Part shown: positions 1-12,494 of the stretch, piece after piece | Layout of the letters: each line of letters begins with the position of its first letter | Numbering within the stretch: position 1 is the first letter of the stretch | From: Amoebidium appalachense | Lineage: Eukaryota; Protista; Ichthyosporea | DNA length: 64,000 nucleotides | NCBI GenBank assembly: GCA_963693365.1 | Contig: CAVNZM010000012.1 | Coordinates: forward strand, 5,592,889-5,656,888 | Direction of reading: 5' to 3' | The notes under the pieces: model-generated | The model's database searches: none | The model's input: only the letters and a program-made list of their open reading frames with translations | What the model was told of the DNA's origin: nothing | Position numbers and translations under genes: made by a program

Positions 1-391
1 GTCTGATCCCTCCCCCCTCCCCCCCCCCCCCCCCCCATAAAAAAACAATAAAAAACAGACACTCGCGCGCGCATGCGGACACACACACACGAGTGTTTAC
101 ATTTCTCTTGAGGTAGCAGTCCCCCCCCCCAAACCCTCCCCCCTCCTCCCTGCCTCACCAACCCACCCACCCACCCCCAGACGCACACAGGCACACACAT
201 GTAGCTTGTGGTCTGAAAGTACCCTCAACAAATGCACATACACATGTATCTTGGTCGCGTGGAAGAAGCCCCCTCCCCCCCCCCCCCCCCCCACACACAC
301 CCACACATATACACACGTACACGCATGAGTGCGTTTGTGATGTGAAAGCACCCCCCCCCCCCCCCCCCCCCCCACACACACACAAACGTAC

Positions 392-2370
392 CTTTGTCTT
401 GTGGAAGTACTTGTCCAGCTCTGGGTAGCTGGCCACGATGTGTTTAATCAGCTGCAGCCCACAGTCAGTCCTTTCTCCCCCCCCCCCCCCTTTTTCCTGG
501 GCCGTACCTGCTGCAGAGGGGCTCCGTCTTCGTCCCTGGCCGGCAGCAGGTCTCTGAGCTCGACCGATGCACACAGAATCTCCACAAGCTCTGCACACAC
601 AGTCAGCACCCCCCACCATCCCCCCCCCTCCCCCCTTCCCCGTTGCAGGGCATGTACCGGGCTTGTCAGCTGTGCGTGTCATGGCGCTGTAGTAGAGGCC
701 CACGGTGTCGCGCAGCAGCTGCTCCCGTGTGTAGCGGGTGGACTGGGACCACCAGTTGGCCTGCACACCCAGTCAGCACCCATGCACCCCCACCCATGCA
801 CCACCACCCCAGATGCCACGTACCACCACCAGGGGCAGGCCGACCATAAACATGAGGAAGTACACCCCCAGGATCTGAAAAAACAGTCAGCCACCATGCC
901 TCCCCCTCCCCCCCCCCCCCCCCCTCCTCCTCGTACCGGCCACTTGTAGTCCTTAGACACAATGAAGGACGGCAGTGCAATCCCAAACTCCGTAGCTGTG
1001 CCCCCCAGTCAGCCCCACCCCGGCACACATCCCCCCCCCCCCCCCCCCCCCCGCCTGCTGCCCACCTCTGCGGCCGTCAGGGTGGCCATACTTCTCCCAG
1101 TTCTCACGTATGGCTGGGTCGGTCAGCCTGCACAGTGAAAGTCAGCCTGAGTCCTATTAAGGGCATCTAAGGCGTGTATGCTGGGGGGGGGGGGGGTCTA
1201 TGGAGGGGGAGGCTATGGCTGGTGTGCTCTGACAGCAACCCTGTAATGGGTACACGGAGGAGAGACAGGGAGGGGGGCACGTACGCCTGGTGGGCCTTGA
1301 CGACCTCCATGTACTTGTCGTTGGCCAGCGGGTCGTCGGGGTTCTTGTCGGGGTGCATCTTGCGACTCAGCTGCCGGTATGCTCCCTTGATCTCTTTCTC
1401 GTTGGCACCCTGTTGAACCACTGCCTCAGAACCTGCCCCCTCATCTTCTTCCCCCTCCACGAAAAAAACAGGCAACTGACCTCCTCCAGGCCCAGGATGG
1501 CATATGGGTTGTAGACCTCGGGCACGTCATACTTGATGGTGTAGGCCCGCCAGAGCATCAAAAAGAAAAGCACCCAGGCCGCGGCATAGATGAGGTTGCT
1601 GAAGGCAACGTCAGCACCACCCCACGTGTTCCCCCCTCCCCCCCCCCCCCCCTTCCCCCCTCCCCCCTCCCCCCCCCCCCCCCCCCCCAAAGTGCTGTAC
1701 CTGCGAGTCCATATGCTCTTCTTTTGCGCATACTTGGCCTTCTTCTTCTCCTTGCAAAGCTGCACAAAAGCCGTGTCCTGGTGCCGTAACGCCTCATCTG
1801 GACACCCAAACTGGTTGAATACCGAGGGAGACCGCAATCCCCAGCCTGCGACCTACACACACAACGTGCTCAAGTCTTGTGAAATATTGCCCGTTCGCTT
1901 TTTCTCGCACAGGTTTGTCTAAGGCTGTTTGTCTTTGGCTATTAGTCTATGGTGCTTGGCTGTATGTAGTGGACGGCGGAGGTGTGTGCTCGCACAAATG
2001 TATTCAAGTGTTTAAACCCGCAGTCTTTCCTGTGCCACAGATTAGTGTGTGTATGTTAACGCGCAGTAACCCTAGACCCCAGCACCCCTGTCACCCACCC
2101 TCCAGCCGCCCACCACCGCACGACCACAAAACCCCTTCAAAGCCTGTGGCACTGCACGCGCAGGCAGAAGCTTTCTAGTGCACGTACCTTGGGTTTCGGC
2201 CAGCGCGGACAAGCGCCAAAAAGTAGAGGGGGCCAGGTACAGCACCAGTGACCTGCACACCCCGGTCAGTATCGGCCAGGCAGCAGGCACACAGGGGGGG
2301 GGGGGCACACATACGCCAAGATAAATATGACGGTGGTGCTGCCGTCGTTGTCGTACGCGTAATCAGTCAT
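392..2370 (-). CDS. SEC63: Sec63 translocon J-domain protein (multi-exon, continues beyond left edge of window)
   Basis: Spliced exons read MTDYAYDNDGSTTVIFILA, TM segment NLIYAAAWVLFFLMLW, J-domain YNPYAILGL...IKGAYRQLSRKMHPDKNPDD, then LTDPAIRENWEKYGHPDG, FGIALPSFIV, NWWSQSTRY and EILCASVE. Introns are GT-AG with CTGAC branch points. Confidence 0.93.
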
Positions 2371-3122
2371 TCTTGCGCTGCGGCCACGCTGGGCGCAAGG
2401 CACGTTAGACCTAGGCTAGGGGTTGCACAGACGGGAGGTACAGTGGCGCCAGAAAGAAAACAGGGTGCGGACTGACTGGCTGGTGGCGGCCCCGTCTTGT
2501 AGTTTTGGGCCAACTTTTGGCCGGCTGCCGGCTGCCTAGGCAACCAATCAGAACGTCTTGATGTCACGGATGCGTATGACCGCCTTGGTAAAGCTCAGCA
2601 CTGTGCTGTGGCTGCCGTGGGTATGGTAAGGAAGATAGAAGGCCGAGGGTGCTGTACAGTTCCAGGGCCTCCTTGAACATATGTATGCGGCCCCGTCTTC
2701 AAAGCTTGCCAGAGAGTTTTGGTCCTCTCCACCCACAAACACTCCAATGTGCAACATACATGCATTATACATGTAGCATACAGCAGTTTGTGGAATTAGC
2801 GCAGTGCGCGGTGGACCAATCAGATGAGGGTGATTGCGCAAGCCACTAAAGCACTAGTCTTGTAAGGCAGACGCACTCTAAAAGGATTCAGCGCCCATTT
2901 TCCACATAATCGGCACAGAATGACGTCATTAAATGAGACTATCAGGCTATGCGCACACGTGCACACGTCACACTGATCATGAGCCAGCACACAGGCAGCC
3001 GCCAGCAGTTTACACGTGTACGCCTAGGCCCAGCAAACACCAAGTAGTGGGAAGAAGGGTATTGCACTAGCTCTCGGCCACACACTGCCCACAGGGCATT
3101 AGTTTCTGGCATTATCAGCACC
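2371..3122. promoter_or_regulatory. Divergent (bidirectional) promoter region between SEC63 and NOG1
   Basis: Head-to-head start codons at 2370(-) and 3123(+). Contains CCAATCAG twice (~2544, ~2816), a perfect palindrome AATGACGTCATT (CRE-like, 2919-2930) and a CACGTG E-box (~2956). Confidence 0.55.
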
Positions 3123-3797
3123 ATGGCGACACACTACAACTTCAAGAGCATTACGCCGGTGCCTACGGCCAGCGATTTCATTGATGTAATCCTGTCCAAG
3201 ACCCAGCGCAAGACCCCCACGGTCGTGCACCCGGGCTACAAGATCAGCAGAATTCGCTCGTTTTACATGCGCAAGATAAAGTTCACGCAGGTGCGTACTG
3301 TACTATTCGTGCCTGAGCCGCCACGCATGGAGTAGCACTGACCGAATCATCTTCCCTCGCAGCAAAGCTACCATGACCGCCTCACGCAGATCATCACCGA
3401 CTTCCCCAAGTTGGACGTAAGTGCCCCTTTGCTCTGCGGAGTCCTAAATGTTTGTTCCTTGCGCACGTGGTTGTGGGCGCTTGTATGGTTACGCAGACAC
3501 TTTGGTGCAATTTTTAGGCATCTTACCCTTGCCCACTTGTCTGCCTTGGTGTGCACCGTGACTGTTTGCTGGATGTAACACCCTTGGTTGCAGGACATCC
3601 ACCCGTTCTATGCGGACCTGCTCAACGTGCTGTACGACCGCGACCACTACAAGCTGGCCCTGGGCCAGATCAGCACGGCACGGCAGCTGGTGGACACGGT
3701 GGCCAAGGACTATGTGCGCCTGGTCAAGTTTGGCGACTCGCTGTACCGCTGCAAGCAGCTTAAGCGCGCTGCCCTGGGCAGGTGTGTGGTGTCTGCA

Positions 3798-3842
<45 letters not shown>

Positions 3843-6495
3843 TTTTTGCACACTCAGGTATGTGGCAGTCTGGGTGCTTGCAGGGTGTGTGGGTGTACGT
3901 GTGTCGGTAAGTTCTGTGTGCACGTGGCTTTTGCAGTGTTTGAGCTGACAGGGGGCTGGGCAGGATGTGCACCATTATGAAGCGGCAGAACGGCAGTCTG
4001 CAGTACCTGGAGCAGGTGCGGCAGCATCTTGCCCGTCTGCCCAGCATCGACCCCAACACACGCACGCTGCTGCTGTGTGGGTTCCCCAACGTGGGCAAGT
4101 CCAGCTTCATGAACAAGGTCCGTGTGCCCTAAGCCCCAGCACTGGGCCAGGGGGCAGGGGCTAACGGGGGGGGGGTAACAGGTCACACGGGCAGACGTGG
4201 AAGTGCAGCCGTATGCGTTCACCACCAAGTCCCTGTTTGTGGGCCACCTGGACTACAACTACGTGCGCTGGCAGGTAGGCCACACAGCCACCATTGCCGG
4301 TGCATGCACGGCTATGGGCACACTTGCCAAGCGCCCATACACAAGACACCGCCACACAATACCACACACGTTATGTGGGACTTTCACCGTTTTTCTTGCA
4401 TTTGTTAATCACGCGCAAGTTGACTGTGCACGCACACACGCACAATCGGGATAGCGCTGCAACTGGGCTCACCTGGCCAGAACTGTGTTGGTGGCAGTCT
4501 TCATATGAGCCACGTCATACTGGGCCCAGACCTGCATTAGTTGCATACCCTACTAGACTGTCTGCAGCCCACACACATACAAGGCAGAAATTGGGCTGGC
4601 AAAGAAGCAGCTGGCTTGTTAGTATGGAGGCAGCAAGCACACATCTCTTCTTTAGTACCTTCAAACCTGCAGAGCAAGGGCCAGTCACAGGGGCATGCAA
4701 ACTTACGGACCTGTATGAACCATCGAACGCTCCAGATTGAAAGAAATATGCAGTGCGCTCGCACACACAAAACACACACACATTCGGCTAATATGAGTGT
4801 GCTGGCGCAACCCACACACAATCCTGCCCTGCATGCAAGTTGCTGTGTACACGCATACTTCATTGCCACACACACAGCAGCATGCCTGCCACACCCCGTG
4901 ACCACGTGCACATGCTGACTTGCCAGGCAGGTGATCGACACACCGGGTGTGCTTGACCAGCCGCTGGAGCGGCGCAACACGATTGAGATGCAGGCCATCA
5001 CGGCGCTGGCGCACCTGCGGGCCTGTGTGCTCTACCTGATGGACCTGAGCGAGCAGTGCGGTTACAGCATAGCCCAGCAGGTGGCCCTGTTCCGCAGCAT
5101 CAAGGCGCTGTTTGCAAACAAGCCCGTGCTGCTGGTGCTTAACAAGATCGATCTGGTGCGCCCCGACCAGCTGCCGGCGGCCGACCAGGCGCTGCTGCAG
5201 GAACTGGCGCAGGAGGAGGGGCTGACGGTGGTGCCCATGAGCACGCTGACGGGGGAGAACATCACGGACGTGAAGACGAAGGCCTGCGAGCTGCTGCTGG
5301 GCCAGAGGGTTGAGGGCCGCCTAAGAACGGGCAAGGTGGATGATATCCTCAACCGCCTGACCGTGGCCATGCCCGCACCCAGGGACCAGAAGGTGCGCCA
5401 GCCGTAAGGGGGGGGAGGGGGGGGAGGATGCTGACGGGGTGGGGACACTCACAGGAGAGACCTGCCCACATCCCTGCCGCCGCCTTGGCCAAGAAGACCG
5501 CACCCAAGGTGTGTGTGTGCTCTGTCTGTGCACGTGGGTTGGGTGGGGCATGTGGGTCGCCATGGGGGGGGGGGGGGGGTAGCTGTACACATGGTGGGGA
5601 GGGCATGATGCTGATGGGGGCCACAGGGGCCCAAGAAGCCAACGCTGCAGGACCGCTATCTGATGGAGGGCCCAGACTACACATTCGACATGCGCGGTGC
5701 GTATCACAGGGCACCAGAAGATGGGCACAGGGGGGGTGGAGGCTGACTGTTGGGTGCAGAGCACTACGACCTGGCCAACGAGGAGTGGCGGCACGATGTG
5801 ATCCCTGAGATCATGGACGGCAAGAACATTGCTGACTTCATCGACCCGGATATCATGCGCGTACGTGCTTGCAGGGGGGAAGGGGGGGGGGGGGGGGATG
5901 GCTGACGGGGGGTTGTTACAGAGACTGGAAGAGCTAGAGGCAGAGGAGGAGGCACGTGACGGAGAGGGGGTGTACGAGGACATTGAGGACAGCGAGGTGT
6001 GTGTATTTGTCTGGGTGTGTGCCTGGCATGTGTGTGTGGGTGTGTGTGCCTGGCATTTGTGTGGGTGTGTGTGTGCGTGTGTGTGTGTGTGTGTGTGCCT
6101 GGCATGTGTGTGTGTGTGGGTGCCTGGCATGTGTGTGTGTGGTATGTATGTCTGCGTGTATGCCTGGCGTGTGTGTGTGTGTGTGTGTGTGTGCCTGGCA
6201 TGTATGTGTGTGTGTGTGCCTGGCATGTGTGTATGCATGGTATGTGTGCCTGTGTGTGTGCTTGGCATGTGTGTCTGTGTGTGCTTGACATGTGTGTCTG
6301 TGTGTGCTTGGCATGTGTGTCTGTGTGTGCTTGGCATGTGTGTATGTGTGCGCGCGCGCGGATGCTGTGTGTGTGCGTGTGTGTGTCCTCCCTCCCCGTC
6401 TCTCTCTCTCTCTCTCCCCCTCTGTGTGTGCGTGTTGTGCACGTTCCACGCGCGTGTGTGTGTCCATGTTATGCCCAACCCTTGAATGTATGCTT

Positions 6496-6558
<63 letters not shown>

Positions 6559-6871
6559 ACATGCGTGTTTCGGTGTGTGCTTGTATCCATGGTTTGTGTG
6601 ATTGTGTGTGTATGCTTGAATGCCTGATATTTGTGCATGTGTGTGTGTATATACGTGCATGTGCATGTGCATGTGCCTGGGTGTGTGTTTGTGTGTGCAT
6701 TTGTGTGTACGCTCTCGCTTGAGTGTACATGTGGGTGCATGCATCCTTGGTGTGTGTTGAAGGCACATCACATAATGGCTGGTATGTATGTCTGTATGTG
6801 TGTGTTTGGTGTGGGTGTGTTGTTGTCTACACAAATCACGTAATGGCTGGTGTACGCGTGTGTGTATGTGC

Positions 6872-6941
<70 letters not shown>

Positions 6942-8443
6942 GTTGGCCTTCTGCTTTGTCTGTGTGTATGCTTGTATGCATGTCTCCCTGCTCTTGCCGC
7001 CTTCCGCCCCACTGTGTGTGTGTGTACGTGCGCGCGTGTTTATGTGTGCGTGTTCGTGTTAGCTTGTATGCCTGGTATGGGTGTGTGTGTGTGTGTGCCT
7101 GTGTGTGCTTACACCGATGTGTCTGTATGTGTGTAGGAAGTGTGTGTGTGTGTGTGTGGGGGGGGGGGGGGGGCATGCCTCAGTCTCTGGTGTCTATGTA
7201 TATCTAGGCTCCTGTGCTCTGTCTTGTGTATAAATTGCTTGTGTGCGTTTGGTGCGTGTGTTGGTGTACCCACTTGCTTTTTGCGTGCACGCGGGTGTGG
7301 TGGTGTGGTTGTGTGTGCTTGTAAGCTATGGTGTTTACGCTTGTCGGTGTGTGTGTGTGTGTGTGAGTTGGCGTGCATGTGTACTGAATGCATAGCTTGT
7401 ATGGCGTGCTTGTATGGCTTTTTGTGTGTGTGTACGTGCTTGTGGGTTTGGGGTTTCCTGTGTCTTGTGGGTGTGTCCAACTTTGATAGGGGTGTGTGTG
7501 CGCGTTATTGGCTGATGTAGCTCCGTGTGTGCGTATTCTGGTTTGGGATGGAAGAAGCCGAGACGTGTTCCTGTGGGGCTCCATCATCCTGTTTCTTGCA
7601 TCCTGTTTCTTGCACCAAGGATGATGGTGTGTTGTTAGCCCCTGTAGAACCCTGTTTGTATGCACACACGTCTCTGTATGTGTGCATGGTGTATTTTGGT
7701 TGCATGATATCCGTGTCTGTGCACGTGGGTGCATGCATCCACAGCGGCGTCTAGTGCATATGACCTTGCATGCACGTCAATGTGTGTGTGCATGTGCATG
7801 CTTGCATGCGCGGTGGTGTGGTGCTAAGGTGCACGTGCAGGAGGAGGAGGGTGAGCCCGAGGTGCGGCGCATGGCTGCGGCCATCCGGGCCAAGAAGGCC
7901 CTGATAGTGCGGCAGCACCGCGAGGCCAAGGGCGCCAACCGGCCCACCGTGCCCAGGGCCACAGGGCGCACGCGCACGGCAAAGGCCCTGGAGGCCCACA
8001 TGGCCAGCCTGGGCATCAACACCATTCTGCAGGGTACGCACGGTCCGGCAAGGGGCGGGGGGGAGGAGGGGGGGGGGGGGGGGGGGGGAGGGGGGACAGG
8101 ATGTGACGGTGAGGGGTGAGCAGGTGAGGAGGGCATGGCTGTGGACGGGGAGGACACGGGCCGAGGACGGTCCCGCAGCAGATTACGCAAGCGCGCATAC
8201 GACAGCTCGGTGGGCCCGGCAGAGAGGTGGGTGGCTGGGGGGGGGGGGGGGTGCACACGGGGGGTGCGGGTGCTGAGTTTTGCTGCAGTGAGGTGGCACC
8301 ACGCAGCAAGTCGGCGTCCAGGGCCGTGTCCACAAAGCGCAGCCGGGACGACAGCGGGGTCAGAGACGTCAAGCAGAAGACAAAGGCCCGCCAGATGGCA
8401 AAGACAAGCCAGCGCCAGGCAAACCGCATGGTACGTGTTTGCT

Positions 8444-8504
<61 letters not shown>

Positions 8505-8801
8505 GAGTATGGGTGGTGGTGGTGCTTCTGTGTGTTTGGGAGGGGGAGGGAGAGAGAGAGAGAGTGTGTGTGTTTTCATGTGTGTGTGTGGGGGGGGGGG
8601 GGGGGGAGAGGGGGGAGTATGGGTGGTAGTGGTGCTGGTCTGTGGGTGTGGGGTGGGGGTTGGGGAGGGGGAGGTGGGGGGGGTTGCTGATTGAGGTGGG
8701 CACAGGCACGCGCGGGCGAGGCAGACCGGCACATCACCACCAAAATGCCAAAGCACTTGTTCTCAGGCAAGCGCGGGGGCGGAGGCACAGACAGGCGCTG
8801 A
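3123..8801 (+). CDS. NOG1: Nucleolar GTP-binding protein 1 (NOG1/GTPBP4), multi-exon
   Basis: N-terminus [37 protein letters not shown]1 [11 protein letters not shown]2 [11 protein letters not shown]3 DTPG, G4 [27 protein letters not shown], and C-terminus [19 protein letters not shown]...DRR* (TGA 8799-8801). Confidence 0.97.
5997..7840 (+). repeat. (GT)n-rich compound microsatellite filling a ~1.8-kb NOG1 intron
   Basis: Long GT runs with recurring GTGTGCCTGGCAT units between exons ...EDSE and EEEGEP. Confidence 0.9.
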
Positions 8802-9271
8802 GCATCGAGAAAAAAAATGTGCCGGTGGCAGCTGGAGCAGGCGGACACGTTGTGTTGCTTTTTCGTTTGGTTTTTATTGTCGGTTTAATTTTTTTTAACA
8901 AAAAATGTATTTGGTTCTCAGGCCTGGGAGGGGGGGGGGGGGGGGGAGGGAGAGAGGGAGATTTTACAGGGTGTTAAAAATGAATCTGAAACTTTGACTA
9001 CTTTGAGCCTTCAGATCCGGGCTGAGCATAGAAGATATACTGCCAAATATGGCTTGACCCCAGGATAGACACAGCCAGTATTTGTTATGGCTCGTGAAGT
9101 GTATTTTGGTTGCTGGGGTATTTTAGGCTGCTACTGAGAGTTGGGCCGGTGGGGGGCGACAGCCCTCTAAGTTTGGGTGGACCGCTGGCCGGTCCCTGTT
9201 GGGTGTGGGGGCGAGGGATAGGCCCATATGAATGCTACCTATGTACATACTATCTGTCAGTAAAAATGCCC

Positions 9272-10104
9272 TTAACCTGCACGCCTGCCTGTGCCCTTCC
9301 GTGTCCGTGGCCTCTGTGCCTTGCCCACACCGCAGCGCCTGGGCCCCAGTGTGGCGGTGTGTGTGCGGGTTGGGAAGACAAACAGGCAGGTGGGGCTGAC
9401 ACGGGCATCCACAAACACAACCCCTTCGCTCTCCAGCAGCCGCCGCTTTTCGGCTATCTTGGGTCCCTCCGTCTGCCTGCGGGTGCACATGGGTGTGTTT
9501 GTAAGTCACTGTGCATGTGTGTTCAGCACGTAGCCAAAATCAGCCCACTGTGCTGCCCCTAGTTGCCACAACACGGGAAGAGAAACGTTAATGGTTCGGC
9601 GGACGGCAGGCTGGGTGGATAACTGAGTGCGTGGCACGGGGTGGAGGGTAAGGGCACACACCCGCAGAAGCCGCCCAGGGCCGTGTCTGCGCTGACTATG
9701 CGGTGGCACGGCACGGTGGGGGCGTAGGGGTTGCGCCGCAGCGCCTGGCCCACGGCCCGCGCACAGCTGCCTAGGTGTTGCGCAAGCGCCCCGTACGTGG
9801 CCACCTGCACCCTCGTCAGCCTGCACGTCAGCCTGCCCATCTTTCTGATCAAACCCTCAAGGCTGCCAGGCTGCCCCTCCCGCCCTCCCTCACTTACTCC
9901 CTCCTCCCCTCCCCCCTCCCCCCCTTTCCCCTCCGCCGCCGCCTACAGTGCCCCACCTTCCTCGCCCCATGTGCCCCACCACCAGCACCACGCATGCACC
10001 TTGCCCGGAGGAATCAGCATCAGCGCGTCGTAGACACGGAACTGGAAGGCGGTGGGGGCACCCGGCATATTGGCGCGCTGGGCGGGATCCGTGGGGTAAT
10101 CCAT
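9272..10104 (-). CDS. MGMT: Methylated-DNA--protein-cysteine methyltransferase (MGMT/Ogt family), 3 exons
   Basis: MDYPTDPAQ...PTAFQFRVYDALMLIPPGK / VATYGALAQHLGSCARAVGQALRRNPYAPTVPCHRIVSADTALGGFCG / ...KRRLLESEGV, with the PCHR active-site motif. Confidence 0.92.
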
Positions 10105-10288
10105 GGCTGACTGGCTGGCTGTCTGCCGATCACTCTGCGTTTATATGCGCCTGCCAGCCTCTGTGCGCGCCAGATGCAAGCCTGTCACAAACTTGTGCTG
10201 TGCCTGCACAGGACACGCCTTGGCACCTCTCCGCCGCCACCGCGCACGGCCGCGCGACAGTGTGCACGCCGCAGGGGCGTGGGCGACC

Positions 10289-10709
10289 ATGAACGGGCCG
10301 TTTGGCGACCTGCCGGTCAGCCTGGACCTGCCCCGACCTGCCGCCGCGCCCCACGCCACGCCCTGGGCCCGCTGGCCGGACAGTGCCCGCCCAAACGGCC
10401 TGCCCCCGGGCCTGCCGGGAAGGGACGCCGTGCGGCCGCAGGCAGACAGGCCCGCAGCCAGCACGCTGCAGCCCACGCAGCCGCGCCCAACAGGCCCGGG
10501 CTGGCGGTTGCAAGGCCCCCCGCAACCCACGGACCCGCCCCGGCTGCAGCCGCCAGCGCCCAGCTTTGGGCCCACCGGGCAGACCAAGAGACGGGCAAGC
10601 AGCAGCGACGAGAGCAGCCCTGGAGACGAGGCTGGGAGAAGAAGGTTCACAGAGGAACAGCACCAGAGACTAGACGACTACTATCAGAAGGACCAAGAGG
10701 TGCGCACGG

Positions 10710-10787
<78 letters not shown>

Positions 10788-10835
10788 GGAGTGAGAGAGA
10801 CATACACACACACAGACACGCCGCACACATGTGTG

Positions 10836-10920
<85 letters not shown>

Positions 10921-12463
10921 TACATGACACGCGCCCGCTGTGTGTGTGCCCACACGTGCGCACACACACAGACACACACACACACATACACACACACACA
11001 CACACACATACACACACACACTTCACTCACATTACACCCACCAGGTACTTTATTTGTGTATACAAGTGCACACACACATACTAACACACCAAAATGTACA
11101 GAGACACACTTGCACACACACTCTAACGTGCACAGATATGTACATGTGTACACGGGCACGCACACGTACACAGAGACACATGTACATGTGTGTGAGTGTG
11201 TGTGCAGGTACTCACACACGCATTCACCACACACATACGCTTGCACATGTACACGACCGTGCTTGGACATCTTTGCACATAAATGCGGCTTCACGCGCAC
11301 ACACTCACTTACACGCGTGCGCGCGCACACACACACAACACACACACACACGACACACACACACACAACACACACACACACACTCACACACACACAGCCA
11401 GACAAGGACTACCGACAGGTGATAGCTGACGACTGTGGGCTGCCCCTTGACAGTGTCACGGCCTGGTTTGCCAGCCGCCGGGCAAGAGACAAGCGCCGTG
11501 CAGAGTGTGTGCCTGGATGGGGGGGGGGGGGGGGGGGGAGGGGGAGGGGAGGTGGCTAATGCAGGGGGCCCTGCAGCGCACCACGGACCAAAAGAAAGGG
11601 CCCGGGGGAAGCAGCAAGCACGGGGGCTGCGCCGCGAAGTAAGAACCTGCCCCTTTTTGGGAGGGGGGGAATGGGTGTGTGGGTGCTGATTGTTGTGCAG
11701 TGGATGACCGGCTGGCCGAGCGGCAGACAGCACTGGTCAACCTGATTGGGCTGGGGGATGTGCCCAAGGCCAGAGACCTGCTCTATGGCCCCCAGTATGG
11801 CCCCAGGGCCCACGGCCTGCCCCTGGACAGTGACGTAGGCACCCCCCTTGGGTGTGGGCCGGGTGGGTTTGGCCGGGTGCTGACTGGGTTGCAGGGCCAC
11901 ACGGCAGTGCACTGGGCCGCAGCACTGGGCCAGCTGGCCATGCTGACCATGCTGCTGGAGCAGGGTGCGTGTGTGTGTGTATGTGTGGGTGGGGGGGGGG
12001 GGGGGGGGGGGGGGAGGGTGTGCATGGGGCTGATATGGGGCTTGGCCGGCAGGGGGAGAGCACGGATGGGCGCAACAACGACGGTGACAGTGCGCTGCAC
12101 CGGGCCTGCATGTGGCACTATGCACACGAGAGGGGCACCTTTGCAGGCATCCTGCGGCTGCTGGCAGCCAACCTGCAGGCCGTCAACAACCGTGGCCAGA
12201 CCTGCCTGCACGTGGCTTGCCTCAACCTCGTCGTGCGCACCCCCCCCCCCCCCCCCCCCCCTTTTATCTGCTGGGTGGGTGCTGACAGGGAAGGGCCGTA
12301 CAGCCGGGGGGGGAGGAGACGCAGTGCAAGCGCACAGCAGCCGAGGCGTATCTGCCGCTGCTGCTGGGGCAGGGGGGGATAGACGTCAACAGGCAGGATG
12401 CTGAGGGCAACACGGCACTGGGCTACTGCGTGGAGTTTGCAAATGTGGTGCGTGGCCGGCAGC

Positions 12464-12494
<31 letters not shown>

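Noticed and set aside
5764-7520. Many Cys/Val- or His/Thr-rich ORFs (also 10.6-11.4, 39.1-40.5 and 42.0-42.6 kb)
   Set aside because: Translations of (GT)n/(CA)n microsatellites, mostly intronic.
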